Shown here piece after piece: positions 47,396 through 61,800 of a stretch of DNA of 64,000 bases. Position numbers and translations under genes: made by a program. The stretch is taken from the NCBI GenBank assembly GCA_965287045.1, contig OZ336879.1:72974001-73038000 (forward strand), in the 5' to 3' direction. How positions within the stretch are numbered: the stretch's first letter is position 1; each line of letters opens with the position of its first letter. The DNA comes from Carcharhinus amblyrhynchos (lineage: Eukaryota). The notes beneath the pieces were generated by a model. It saw nothing but the letters and a program-made list of their open reading frames with translations. It made no database searches and had not been told where the DNA came from.

Positions 47396-47603
47396 ATGTG
47401 GCGATGTCGGCATTGGACTGGGATGGGCACGGTAAAATGTTTAAAGTCTAACAGGTTTATTTGGAATCACGAGCATTCACAGCAATAACCAGCGTCCTGT
47501 ATCCCAGCAAAGTTTGTGCTCTCAGACTTTGTATCTTCATATAAGCTCATGATTGCAAACAAATCTGTTAGCTTTTAACCTGGCGTTGTGTGACTTCTTA
47601 CTG
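47396..47603. mobile_element. Degraded miniature Penelope-like fold-back element
   Basis: ATGTGGCGATGTCGGCATTGGACTGGG...TTAACCTGGCGTTGTGTGACTTCTTACTG; TSD TAGATACATG (47384-47393 / 47604-47613). Confidence 0.75.
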
Positions 47604-47649
47604 TAGATACATGCGGATAGACCACACATTATGTGTGGTCTATCCACAT

Positions 47650-49383
47650 GACGAGAAGGGGGATGTAATAACTGGAAATGAGAAAATGGCTGAGGCATTG
47701 AATAGGTATTTTGTGTCAGTCTTCACAGTGGAAGACACAAATAACATGCCAAAAATTGATGACAAGGCGGCTATAGCAGGTGAGAACCTAGAAACTATCA
47801 TTATCACAAAAGAGGTAGCATTGGGCAAGTTAATGGGACTAAAGGTAGTCAAGTCTCCTGGTCCTGATGGAATGCATCCCAGGGTACTAAAAGAGATGGT
47901 GGGAGAAATAGCAAACACGAGTGGTAATTTACCAAAGTTCACTGGACTCTGGGGTGGTTCCCGCAGATTGGAAAACAGCAAATCTGATGCCGCTGTTTAA
48001 AAAAGGAGGTAGACAAAAGGCAGGTAATTATAGGCCAGTTAGCTTAACTTCTGTAGTAGGGAAAATGCTTGAATCTATCATCAAGGAAGAAATAGCAGTG
48101 ACATCTGGATATAAATTGTCCCATTGGGAAGACTCAGCATGGGTTCATAAAGGGCAGGTCGTCTTTGACTAATTTGGTAGACTTCTTTGAGAACATTACA
48201 TGTGCAGTGTACAATGGGGAATGGTGAATGTGGTACACCTGGATTTCCAGAAGGCATTTGAAAAGGTGCTGCACCAAAGACTGCTGCACTAAAGTGCATG
48301 GTGTTAGGGGTAATGTATTAGCATGGAAAGAGGATTGGTTAACTAACAGAAAGCAAAGAGTGGTTGGCAATCAGTGAGTAGTGGTGTGCCTCTGGGACCG
48401 CAATTGTTTATGATTTACATAGATGATTTGGAGTTGGGGACCAGGTGTAGTGTGTCAAAATTCGCAGATGACACTAAGATGGGTGGAAGAGCAAAGTGTG
48501 TAGGGGACACTGAAAGTCTGCAAAGGGATATATATAATCTGAGTGGGTGAGGGTCTGGCAGATAGAATACAATGTTGATAAATGTGAGGTCATCCATTCT
48601 GGTAGGAATAACAGCAAAATGGACCATTATTTAAACAGTAAAAAATTGCAAAGTGCTGCTGTGCAGACGGATCTGGATGTCCTTGTGTAGGAATCTCAAA
48701 GTTGGTTTGCAGGTGCAGCAGGTAATTAAAAAGGCAAATGGAATTTTGTCCTTTGTTGCTAGAGGGATGGAGTTTAAAAACAGCGAGGTTATGTTGCAGC
48801 TGTATGAGGTGCTGGTGAAACCACACCTGGAGTAGTGTGTACAGTTTTGGTCTCCTTACTTGAGAAAGGATACACTGGCACTGGAGGGAGTGCAGAGGAG
48901 ATTCACTAGGTTGATTCCACAATTGAGAGGGTTGGCTTATGAGGAGAGACTGAGTAGACTGGGGCCATACTCATTGGGATTCAGGAGAATGAGGGGAGAT
49001 CTTATAGAAACATATAAGATTATGAAGGGAATAGATAAGATAGAAGCAGGGAAGTTGTTTCCACTGGCGAATGAAACTAGAACTAGGGGGCATAGCCTCA
49101 AAATAAGGGGAAGCAGATTTAGGACTGAGCTGACAAGGAACTTCTTCACACAAAGGGTTGTGAATCTGTGGAATTCCCTGCCCAGTGAAGTGGTTGAGGC
49201 TACCTCATTGAATGTTTTTAAGACAAGGATAGATAAATTTTGAACAGTAAAGAAATTAAAGGTTATGGTGAGCAGGTGGGTAGGTGGAGCTGAGTCCACA
49301 AAAAGCTGAGCCATGATGTTACTGAATGGCGGAGCAGGCTCGAGGGGCCAGATGGCCTACTCCTGCTCCTAGTTCTTATGTTC
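47650..49383 (+). mobile_element. Degraded CR1 (RT domain to tail)
   Basis: KSPGPDGMHPRVLKE, NYRPVSLTS, KFADDTK; frameshifted; tail GTTCTTATGTT. Confidence 0.95.
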
Positions 49384-50324
49384 GCACTTTGATTGTGTTG
49401 AGCCTGGATGTTTGAAGACGGGTGTTTATCCCTATTCAACAGTGGGAAAGAATTATAGGAGGGAACTTTCTAAATCTAGTTCAGTGTAAGTGAGGAAAGA
49501 GGCTGATTTGCAGCATAATTATTAGACAGTTAAAAGCAGCATGCAATATGCTAATGTTATTATGCTAGAAGTTACAATAATGGAGACAACGGTTTACTGA
49601 AGTTATTTTATTGTAGTTGGTACATCAGCTGACAGTGCTATGCAGCTCCGAATTCAGAAGCATTACTAAAATCATTCTTTAAAAATGCATTTCTCATCAC
49701 AACAGCTTGTACAGTCTATCAGCTGCTGGTAAACATCACACCATAGTCTTGCAGTTACAGTTCTGTCAAATATACACAACAGCAAACTCGACTCAGACAG
49801 TATGTTCTACATGTGATCATGGTACAATGTACCTAAATAGTGCTGAAGTTGCTGCTGAATGTCAAGAAAATATAATGGTTAACCTGTGACACAGTCCTGA
49901 CTGTGTTTTAATATCCCGAGTAATGAGCACATATTCCTGCTTTAGGTCACTGACGTATGCACCAACACAGTTGTGACGGCAGTTTTGAAACCTTAACCTC
50001 AGAGGATAAAAGTGAGCAAAGTACAACAAATTATCAGTGTAAAGCACCCGTTGTGTTTCAAATGCTGCCATGCGTAGAAAACCTGCACAGATATTACATG
50101 TGTTCTTAGAAACCAGTGAAGTGTCACCTTTATAGAACATTGTGCTTAGTCAGAGATGGTGGCTAACTCTGCCTCAGTTTTTCTTGGAGGAAAAAAATGT
50201 GCTTGACAAAACAGAATTCTTTTCCTCAGAGAGAATGTAACAATAGGAATGACTGCTGACACCTTGAAACAATATACATGAGATTCCACAAGTGGGAGTT
50301 AACATGAATGGCTTATGTTGTTTT

Positions 50325-50705
50325 ACCTTCTTTCATGGGATGCGGGCATCGCCGTCAAATTTTGTTGCCCGTGCATAACTGCCCCTTGAACCGAGTGGCT
50401 GGGCCATATCATAGGGCAGTTAAGGATGAACCCCATTACTGTGGGTCTGGAGTCACATATAGGCCAGGCCAGCTAAGGATAGTAAATTTCCTTCCCTAAA
50501 GGGCATAAGTGAACCAGATGGGTTTTTACAACAGTCTCATGATAGTTTAATGGTCGCCATGACTGAGCTTTCAAAATCCAGATTTATTAATCAAATTCAA
50601 ATTTTATCAGCTGTTGTGGTGAGATTCAAACCCATGCCTCTGGAACATGGTCCAGGCCTCTGGATTACTAGTCTAGTAACATTACCGCCATGCCTCCATC
50701 TCCCC
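50325..50705 (-). mobile_element. tRNA-headed SINE family 2
   Basis: Reverse copy containing GGGTCTGGAGTCACAT and GGATTACTAGTCTAG. Confidence 0.8.
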
Positions 50706-52899
50706 TTATGTCTGCTCTTGGAAAGTGAAATGCTGGGAAATGTGTTGAGTATGGTACACAGGAGAAGCTGTCTTTTCAACAGAAACAATAAAATGCTAAC
50801 CACCTTTCAGTAGAAGAGCTGGAACAGTACTCAAAGTCAGAACATAAAAACTTAAACATTATGTTTCCAGTAGTGAAAACACATTTCAAGTCAATTAAAT
50901 AGGACGCCAAATAAAGTGGCTAATTCATATATAAAACTAAAAAAATAAAAAGCAGATCCTGTTATCACATTCATTACAAACACAATAGTGGCAACCAAGT
51001 TAACCCACCTCTTCAATAATTTCTAGAAATATGAGGACATCATAAACAAAATACACAAAACGCATTAATATATACATGCAGACTAGCACCTTTACCATTT
51101 GTTCACTAATATAATACAATAATATAAAATCAAAACTGAAAATACATTAAAACACACCTTCTCTGCAGAATGAATGGCAGAAACTGACTATGAAAATGTC
51201 ATGCCAAGTAGTCAAAAATATATCTGTCCATTTTGACCTCACTGTTGATTTAGTGAGCAAAGTGTTTTTGGAAAATTTGGGTCGGAAAGTACTCAAACAC
51301 TTTGAAGAACATAAATATTGCACGATGCTGCATGTATAAAATGAGTTTTTTGTTGTTTTTATCACACAATTAAATAGAATTTTCAGGTTTTAAACCTGCA
51401 ATAAAGTTGCTAATATTTCATTAATTCTGTAAAACTATGGTGTGAGATACATGGGCCAATGTTTGGACCCAGCCCATTCTGTGAATACTTGTAGAATGTG
51501 TATTATGTGTAGTGTTTAGACTTCTATTGTATATATTTGGCAAAATCTTGTTTGCATAATAACAGCCACTTGGAGTTCAACTGCAAGCATTACAGGAAAA
51601 ATTAAATCTTAACCCTCTCCCTAACCCCCACAAAGGAGCACGGTTAAGTAATCTTTCAATTAATCTAGTGCAAGTTACAATAAACCTGTTGCAATAATTT
51701 AAGGCATTTAAAACAATGTAAAGTAAGATTGCCCCTATTTATATTGGGAACAGTAGCTCAAGTGCAGCAGCTGGACATGTTTCAGCTTTACCCTGGACTG
51801 CAGTGCTCCAGCCGATGAAAATACACCAAACATCACATTGTTTCACCACGGTTACAATTGGATGATGCATGAAAAGACTACTTCGATCGTGCTCTGTCAA
51901 TTGCGTATCCGCATGGAACTATTCTGTTCAAAACGGAAACCTGAAGTGGGCATATCACTTTTAATGAACTACTTCTCTCCCAAGGCAAGTAACAGTAACT
52001 GGAAAAGCTCTACTCAAATACCATAGTGCAGAGATTAATACAATGTCCACCTGGAGGTTTTATGTGGGGGTTAAGTCACTGAAATAGTTTCATTATTAGA
52101 CAGAGCAGCTGGCAATGGCAGATAAATGATCAGAGTGCTAATATGGGCTGAATGTGGTATAGCTCTGTGCTAAAAATGATATTTTTCCTTTGCTGAACTG
52201 CAATTTGTTTAGGATGTAATATGGCTTATAATTGAACATTCTGACCTAATGAAATTACATTTATATATTGTATGGAGCAGCGAACCAATTGTGAAAAAAC
52301 AATCTGCACCAAAGGAGGGCTGTTCTGTACTGAGGTGACTTATCAGATAATCAAATTCTTTTCCATATACTTTTTGCATGATAAAAGCACGTTTCGTTGC
52401 ATTTTCCTTTCTTACAGCAGTTTCATATGTACAGCTTGCAAAAAGCAAACTAACTCGCATTGTTTGGTGCATATATAAAAGAAAAAGTATTTTGTCCATT
52501 TCAAAAACATGTTAGGCTCAGAACCACTGCATCGAGTGCTGTGCTGTAGAGGAAATGCCACAGAATTGCTTTACCCATACAATGTAATCAGCCTTACACT
52601 GTCCATTTATGTTACTGGAAATTACACATTTCTGTCTGGAGATCGGTATCTGAGTTCAGCCTTTAAATATTACCAGGAATATTTTATTAAACAAAAATAA
52701 TTTAATAAGCTAAATGAACATAAGTAAATGCAAAGGTAAAAGGAGGAACAAACTCTAAATGATCATGTTAATCTTTTCTCCCCTCAGTTAACAAAATGCT
52801 CGGGTGTGCATTAAATGCTGGGAGCAGATAGAAATGTGATGTAATGTACATTTTCCCTGGTTAGTGTTCATGTATTTGTTATTCTCACTCAGCGCGATC

Positions 52900-55800
52900 T
52901 TACAGTTTTTGCTGAATGAAGTTTTCCAGTTTGATGATGATTCGAGCGGTGCACTCCATCACTCTCATTGCAACTTCAGACGTGAATTTATCATTTGGAA
53001 TCAGGGGAAAAGGGAGGAGATCTGGATACCGGGTCCTCAGCCCGTCGACACCATATGCTTCCAGAGTATTTACGTCAGTCGCAAGTCCCACCAGACTTTG
53101 ACTGTATTCCTCCACTTTCTGCGCAAGCGCAGCCGGCTTGACGTCTTTGTCAGACTTTCCCTTAACCGCGTACTCAGCTGCTATCAAGGCAAGTTTTGCT
53201 GCTAAGTAACACTTGAAACACACCCACTCGTTGGCATTCTTATGCAGGTCATTCCTAGCCGCAGAGAAGTTTGCCCGAGCTTGCCGGAGCCACCTTCGTG
53301 CCTCTATGGGATTGCCCACCGTTTTGTAAGTTGGAGGCACAAAAAATCGCGAGGAGTGCGATGATCCTGGAGCGGATGCAAACCTCCCTTTGAAATGCTG
53401 CCTGTCTGATTTATGGCTCGTCGCTTCCTGGTTCCACGACGTATAAAATCTCTGAAACGAAAACTTTTCAGATTGGAACCGAGCAGACGAGGAGGAGTAA
53501 GTTCTTCTCGATGCTCTGTCTGAACCAAATTCGGAACCTCCCAGACCTTGCTTTTCCAGCCTGTTGATTTCATTTTGCAGATGCTTAAAGACCTCTGTTG
53601 CAATCTCCAGATTCTCCGCGTTTTTATCGGGATGCCACTTCAGGTACAACCGGCGGATGATCTTTTTCCTTTCTGGCTCAGGCAGCCGCCACGCCTGCTC
53701 CAACACAGCGGTGACTTCACGAAGGATTTCAGGCAAAGCATGTAGCTTTATCTTCCGTGGAGACTGGTGCTTTGACGTCGGCACTCTGTGACTTTCCCTC
53801 CCAGGAAAATGGGGAGGAATCGGCCTGAGGCCTGGTGAAAGGCATTCGGTGGGGCTGGTGGGCGTGGTTGGTGTGCTATCCCTTCCTTGCGAACTTTCAT
53901 CCGGTCTCGAAAATTTATAGAGATCAAGAGAGCTTACAATTTTATACTCGCTGTAGCCAATGTCAATTTGGAAATACTTTCCCAAAAAGCTGGAATTTTC
54001 ATCTCCTTCCCTTTCTACTTCTTGTACAATGATGGCGTAAGTATAGGTTGGCTGGTATGATCCATATATATCACCACCTTCAGCATCAACAAGATAGCCA
54101 ACATATTCTCCTGGGTAGAATACATTCAATGGGTCCATGAGGAGTAAGTAATGGATTTCTGCTGGTATGGGTGTACCTGGCAGAGGCAGTTCAAGTTTTG
54201 ACGGTACAGTAGAGGAATCATACTTAACACCTAAATTGTCAAGCTTTTCATTAATTCTATAGATGTCATTGCAACCAAGCATGGCTATCAAGTAGGAGGT
54301 ATCTAAAATCAAGTTGTCAGTTGCAGTTTTAAGGGTCATTGCTAGAGCTAAAAGGAAGTTGATGTCCTTGCTCTCGGCATGCTGGATATATAGGTGGATC
54401 ACCGCGTTTCCGTATCGCTTCAGGAACGCTAGCGTCTCACTCCTGCTGTGCGGGATCGGACTGCATCCTTTCACGCGAAGGCTGGTCTGCAGTTTCTCAA
54501 AACAAGAAACCTTCAAACCCTCGCGCAAGGCCTTGCAGAGCCGGCTGGCCTTTTCCTCATTGGCGAGGTAGGCATTGTCATTTTCATGCTTCATTATCCG
54601 GATGAGGCCGGTGATGAACTGCTCCGAAGACAGGAGCAACTGAAGGCGGCCCTGCAGGGAACACAGCGCTCCAAACTGACATATTTTTGGCGTTTCTTCA
54701 TCTAGGATCTCTTCCAGGATTCCGCTAAGTAGCCTCGGCCGCAATTTTGAAGGAAGCAGCATGATTAGCTTTGTGTGAAAGGCATGGTCTTTGCCTAGGT
54801 AACACTGGCTAAGATCCACAAGCATTAGAACACCCACATTGCCCTGCATCCGACTCTTATAATGTGGAGCATCATCAAAAACCAGTATATTTGACTTTGC
54901 TAATCTCCCATCGTTACTTGGAAGATGAAGGCCTAATTCCCGAACATTGTCAAGATCAATTCTGACCTTTACCGGGTCATTCTGAAGGCTCTTAAATAGT
55001 CCAGAAACAACCCTTTTAACAGTTCGCATTTCATTTGGCTCCAACTGTTTCCCTTCAGATATTTTGAATATACGTCCAAGAACCTCAACATACTGTTTGG
55101 TTGAAACAACGTCTTCTGTACCCAAAAGCTTGAACAATTGGTGGAAAGTGCCAAGTTCTAGAGGCAGCTTGTAGAGGTATGGTTTAAAATCTGACTCATT
55201 CTCAAGATTTATCACAACCTCTTCAGGTTTAAGTAGTTTCCACCCGTCTTCAACCATAACAAAGGCAACTCCTCGAAGGTGGAAACGGAAATCTTTCTTT
55301 TCTGCATTCAGAAATTCGTAAGTACTGCGCAAGACCTTGACTCGCGTTTTAATCATGTCATCTTCTGGAGATGCAATATTACAGATGTTTTTGCAGTTGC
55401 TAATGACTTTGTCGGGCGGAGGGTCCAGACTGACATTCAACATTGCCAGAACCTCTTCCACTTGCTCCTGATTACCAAGTTTGCTATCTTCTTGCTCCTT
55501 GACGCTCGAAGGTATTGCCTTTTCTGGGAGAATTGGGCACGAGGTCCACAATAATTGCATGACATCGGATTGCTTGAACTTGGGACTGACCTGTGACCCA
55601 CTGAACCGTATTAGAGGGAGAATCCCATTTAATTCCTGAAATTGGGGGTGGAGCTTCAAGAGATCTGCTGGAGCACGTTCTGGATAGATGAATGGAATCA
55701 ACGAAAGATCCTTCAGAAAATTTCCAGAAAAGAGGTCAGTCCTTTCTTGAAAAATATGGTTCAACAGGACATCCACCTTGTTCTGTATTGTTTCTTTGGA

Positions 55801-58800
55801 CCAGTTCTCTGATTGAGAATGTGTCCCTATCTCTTTGGCAAACTGCAGCAGCTGTTGTTGGGAGACCGTGTACTTCAGGCCGATGTTTCGGAAGAATGTT
55901 ATCCACGACGTGAGGAAGGCAGCACGGTTCTTGGGCTTCTCGACTTGTTCCAGTTTCCGGAAAAAGTCTTGAGAAATGAAGGCATTTTCCGGCAGCATAA
56001 CCTGAAACACACTTTCCGTTCTGTCGTAAAAATTCTTTGTGGCCTTTAAGCGGTGGGACGAGTCTGGAATAATTGCAAGGCCTTCAAGTTTTTCAAACAG
56101 CTGGTCCCTGATTGGTGTGCCTTCGTCCAGGTTTGTGAGTTTCTTCTTCAAATGCACCAGATGTTCCACCTTCGCTGAACTGGACAGGTTTTCAAACTTT
56201 GGCAGCAAGTGTTTCAAATATACCTCGAGATCATCGATAGGAGTGCAGCCAAGGAAAGCAAACAGGTCCTTCAGATGGGGGTTGTCTGCAAGAAAAGCAT
56301 AGGAAGCGGAAAGTGCCCATCTGTCGATTCCAGTTAGAGGAATGCTCTTTGTCAGAACAAAGCACGATCCATATTTCAAAATGCTGACATAGTTACCACT
56401 AATGGCCTTATAGCAAGGCAGAGACTTCAGGATCCTTATGTCATCTTGGGCTGTCAGTTGTTTCAAGTTGCTGTTAAAATACGTCAGAAGCACCTCAAAG
56501 TCATTGTCGGACAAGTGGTCCGTCCTGAGTGTCGCCGTTCGGATCATATAGTCGAGGGCCTTCAGAATGCTTTCGGGGCTCTCAACATTTGCCATGTGCA
56601 AAGCCAGCTGCGAGACTAAAATGTTCTCTTTGGAGCAAATTTTGCTCAGTGCCAGTTGAATGCAGCCTGCTTTCATCAGTACGTTGAAGACTTTATCATT
56701 CTGGACATTTGGGTAGATGGAGACATTCATTAAACTCAGAGGTACTAGAACATCACTCTCTGGCACCAGCATCCTGTTGCTGGAAATGGTGAATTTTGTC
56801 CCAGGCAACAATGCCCAGTCCTTTAATACCTCAGTGATAGTTTCGAATGTTGGTCGAATCTCTGCCTCACCTTCCTTAACAGAAATTGCGTCACTTATAA
56901 AATGCCAGCAGTTCTTCAGCCAGGATTCACTTCCAAAGTTGTCTTTCCATTTGACGACAGATCTTGTTCTGTAATCTCTTGGCAACACAAACGACAGCAA
57001 CTCAGCAAAGCTGCTGATATCAAAGGCTTTTGCAACACCACAATTGAGCAGGATGTTATTGTACTTCATGTAAAGCGTGTTCATAAATAGCTCCTTACGC
57101 GATGGAATCAACTCATGGTAGGTTGTCAAGAACTTGGGGCGTTTTGCATCAAAGACTTGTAGAACGTTATCTAGAGTGAGGAGGAGAGGGAGCCCTTCCA
57201 CTCGGATCTCATTCTCTTCTGAATCTTTGAAGCAGTAGTCGACTAGAAGTTTCAGGTTGTGAAAGAGCTTTAAGGTGGTTTGGTGTAATCGATTTGGCAG
57301 CTTCCCGAGGTGACAGCTTGAATCGGGAGATGTAAACGAGTGCAAGAACTCGCGCACGTCAGCGGGTGTTACGTACTGCACTGGGATTCCCGATTCCTTG
57401 AAACAGTGGTAAATGTTGGACGTTTCATCAGAGCTGTAGACTAAGTTAAACCCTATGTCAAGTAGCAGATTCTTGAGCCTGTAAACATTTTCAGCAATGG
57501 TTTTGCGGACTGCGATATTGTATTCCGTGTTCTTCATGTGCTGCAGTTCATCTTGGAGCAAGTTGTCAAAAAAGGATCTGTTCCTGTTTGTTACAGAGGT
57601 ATTCACCCAGCTAATAAAAATTGTCGGCTGCAGTTCTCCGCTATCAGCATTCGGTATCCGTACCACTGGGAGAAGACGCTTGAGGTCCTCATGCAGACAA
57701 CAGTAGACGGATCTCACAAGGCAGTACCAATCCGGCTGTATGTCAGGCTTATTGGCAGCAAAGAAAGTCATAAATTTCTTCATCAAATCCTTCAGAACGT
57801 GAGTGGGAGTATTTTGCAGGACGGTTATTGCAGGGTCTGAGCCTAGAAAGTAGCGCTTCCGTATCTGTACCAGCAGCTCCACATAGGCCGGGGCGATTAA
57901 CGTCGTCATGAGGTTATTGTTCCAGTCACTACGCACCCCGACACCATTGTCATCGCGCCACAGATTCCTCCTGGCTGAATCCAGCGCAAAGTGTCCGTTT
58001 ACATGGACCGGCAATCCCGTCTCCAACGACAACGGCAAAAAACAGAAAGCTCTGTAAGGCTTCTTGTAATTGTGGCTGATGCAGGCGGCAACTCCCCCTC
58101 GGGGGAAGAGTGTGATGTCTTCATTTTTATGAGCTGAAATGACAGTCTTGGAAACTTTCTCAATATTGGGGAAGCCGGATCGGTTACAGACCAGCCAGGT
58201 TGTCAGATTGCCCTCAGAATCTTCAATGTCCATGGTGTAAGTGATCTGGTGAACTGGTATCTGACTAAGTTGCTTCCTTTTATTTACACTATCCAGTACA
58301 GATGCATGAAACTGTTTCCGCTTCAGCCTGTCACCATCTGTAATCTTGGCTTTGACAGAATACAGAACGTTCAGGTTCCCAGTTGTCTTCTCAATGTCAC
58401 AAATGGAGATCTTCTCCATGTGATTTAAAAACATGAGAAGCTCAGCTCCATCGCTCCGCAGTTTGTCCAACAGATTCTGCACCATTTGATCCGATACGGG
58501 AACTTGACAGATTTCAGACATCTTGGCCATCTCTGCGTTCCTTACTGGAAACCGAAACATGGTAGCATTTTCCAGTTTGAACAGGTTGCCCAGAAACGGG
58601 TTCAGTACATCAGTAAATTGGGTTCTGAAGTCAGAATCCAAGTCTCTGAACATGCGCCCCGGACTAACGTTGGTAGATCCGGGAGCATACCTTGCATGGG
58701 GATCAAATATGCAGAGAACGTCATTGTCAGAGATAAATGCTGGGCAGTCCGTTATATGGTACACAGAGTTGAATCCAATTCCGTACTGCCCAGTCTTACC

Positions 58801-61800
58801 TGGATTGCCTTCCTTCGTCCCTCTCCCAAGGTTCTGTATCCCCCGAATATCGTCTTCTGTGAATGGCTGGTTGTTGTACACACAAATTGCAGGGCCTTGA
58901 AGGGGTGCCCACTTCTCGTCAAAGATTCGGTCTCCTGGGTGCTGCCTAGGGTCAAAGATAAAGTAGATCTCAGTGGCTTTGGCATCATCTGCATTTTGAA
59001 GCAGCTCCTTCAGCATTTCTTTCTCAGAAGGATAAGCATTGAGGATGCTCTTAATCCGACTGGTGAGCTTCTCCTTCTGTCCAAATTCACTGCCGAGGGT
59101 GGCAAAGCAAATATTGGAGGCATAACGCTCTAGAGCTTTGTGTCGCTTTGGTAGCGCTCCAAGCTTCACAGCTACCTCCCTTGGTATGTCAGGGTGGCAG
59201 TATTTCACACTTTTATCGCTCACTCGTATCCAAGGGCAATCATTGTAACACAGAGATTTAGCTGGAACAAGGAACCGCTCGCCATCTGGCAACAGAAGAG
59301 TTCCGTATTTTCTCTTGCAGTAATCTCGATTCTTCTCCCTGATCAGACCCCAGACGCCTTCGCTGATGATCCTCCGGCACAGCTGAAAGTTGGACTCACT
59401 GAGAGGTTCCTGGGCACACTCCGTTTTTAAAACTTGAAGGACGGAGGCAAAGTCCTCCACGGAGAATGAGGACTGGACTCCCAGCTTTTCAAAGAACTCG
59501 CGGAAGTTGTTCCTGTACTTGTTCGGGAGCTGGTGCAGGTAAGGGGTTGCGTCAAAATTGAGGTGGAAGGCAACCTTGGCTGACTCCACGTAAGTGTTTT
59601 CAACCAGAACAAAATTAAAGTTCTGCAGCTCCTCATTGATCTGTGACCTGGCAGCTTCATTCTTCAGCATGGCTTCGTGAAGATATTTGTAACAAGCGTT
59701 GGTGATGCTCTCTTGGCAGAGAGTAATGCCATCAAGGGAAGTCGCTACTTTCTTCAGCTGATCCAACACCACAAGAATGGGTGGCTTCTTTAATAACCCA
59801 AAGAGATCTTTGACACCAGAAGAGAGTGGACCACATCCTTTACTGGGAGGATTTTCATTTAGAATGGGGTGCAGAAGACAAACTACCTCCTGGTGCTCAG
59901 CCGTATAAACATCCTTCGCTGCAAACATGGTTTCAGGCTGATAATCGTTCCCTTTCCAATGCAGACAGAAACCAGGAGGCTTTTTGAGAAAAGGAAGGAA
60001 AGGTATCGACTGAAATCTCTCAGCAAAGTCTTTGGATCTGTGATCCCGAAACTTGACCTTCTCTTCGATCAAACTCAGAATGATGCTGCTACGGTGGCAA
60101 GCGGCTGCATGGTCACTTTGGTTCAGCACTGCCACTGACTCAGCCCGTTCCAGTAAATCCTCCCAAGAGATGTCATCCTTAATCATGCCGAGTTGCACCA
60201 GCTTTACCAAGCGGACTGGGTTCAAGTAGTCCTGCGTCGTTCCAGAGGGGAATCGCCCGTCACTTGCATCATACAACTTGGCAACTCGACCCTCTGGGTG
60301 GATGAGTCTTGAAGGGACAGACAACTGTTGGTGCTCCCCTGAGGATGGCACACAACGGGTAACGCGTAGAAACGCTGAAAGCTCCAATACCTTCTCGTCA
60401 AGAACGTAAAGCATCAAAGGATCTCGTAGTTCGGCCTCAATCTCTTCAATGTATGGAAAAAACGCCTCCGTGAAAAACTGCTTCTCAGAAAACGTGTTCT
60501 CCAGCAATATATTTTTGCAGCCTGCCTCCTCGAACCCAGCTCTCACCCAAGAGGGAAGCTCCACAGCGCACAATGGCTGCGGCTCAGCCTTCTTGAGGAA
60601 CTTCAAAAGGATCTTGAAAGCCAGAGGCCCGACAACTGGCCTGTGCAGCAAAGCATCATCCAAAAACCGAATGCTTTTGATCGAAACCCAGGAGGTTCCG
60701 TCCGAGAACACCTCTGTCAGCTTGTTTCCTCTTCCTTTGGCAATATCCTCATATAGGCCTTGCCACACCACAGCAAAGTCATCATGAACCAAGGCAATGT
60801 CAGGCCACAGGGTATAATAGTTGTAATCAACCAGTTCTGCATTAACAGCCATGTCACGTAGCACAGCAAGCGCTTCTAGATATGCCTGAACAATCACATG
60901 TCTCATAAAGATCATGTTCCACCTCCCTTTGGTATCAGTTTTCCAAATTTCCTTCCGATTGGAGGAAACTGCAAAGCAGCCATTGATATGCACTGGCAAT
61001 CCAGTTTTGATTCTCAAAGGCAAATAACAGAACACTTCTCCATAAGCACTCCCATTTGTTTTAATGCTCCACTTCTTGTCTTCTGTTTCAGATAGCAGAA
61101 CACTAACAGCCCCACAAGGGACAAGGCCTAATCTCCTCCCACCTTCTTGCAGGGAAAACACTAGTGCTTCTCCAGTATCCATGCACGAACATATCAGCCA
61201 TGTAGTGGATTCGGTCACCTTTGGTGCTGCCTCTTCATTTACCTTCCCACTCTGAGCCGGCTTGGCCGAAGCCTCAAAGAAAGGTGTAGCTTCATCTTCT
61301 GGCCCTCTGAATAGCGGTGACTGAAGGTCAGCAATCTTTCTGAAGACCTGGAAAAATTCATCAACCACGATCTGCACGATGCAGGCACACCTCGGAGCTT
61401 CAGAAGGAAGTTGTCTCGTGCTAGCGAGTGTTTTCATCAGTTTCGCAGCCTCCTTTAAGATGTTCATCGGCGTCGAGACAGCTTTTGATGAACAAATGGT
61501 CTTCTTCATGGAAATGATGGTTTGCGCCTGGCTAGGGTCAGCTTCATCTGCTTTCAGATATTTTAAGAGCATGGTGTTTACGTTCTGAGAGAAGAGGATT
61601 AATCTGTGACCACACAAGCTAAACTCATCAACCAGAGAATAAATATCTGCTTTATTATAGTAAACACTGCTAATTTCACTAACTAATGCCTCCTCCTCCA
61701 CTCTGAAAGGAAGTCTGAATAGGGTCCCCAAATAGCAGAAGGGTTTTTCAATGGTTAGTGGTAAGTCACAACCAAAAACATTCACAAATGGCCTGAACTG

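Noticed and set aside
52900-53300. HEPN domain as a possible defence-type RNase
   Set aside because: This is the known sacsin C-terminal HEPN; it has TRYPD rather than an R-x4-6-H catalytic motif, as in other sacsins
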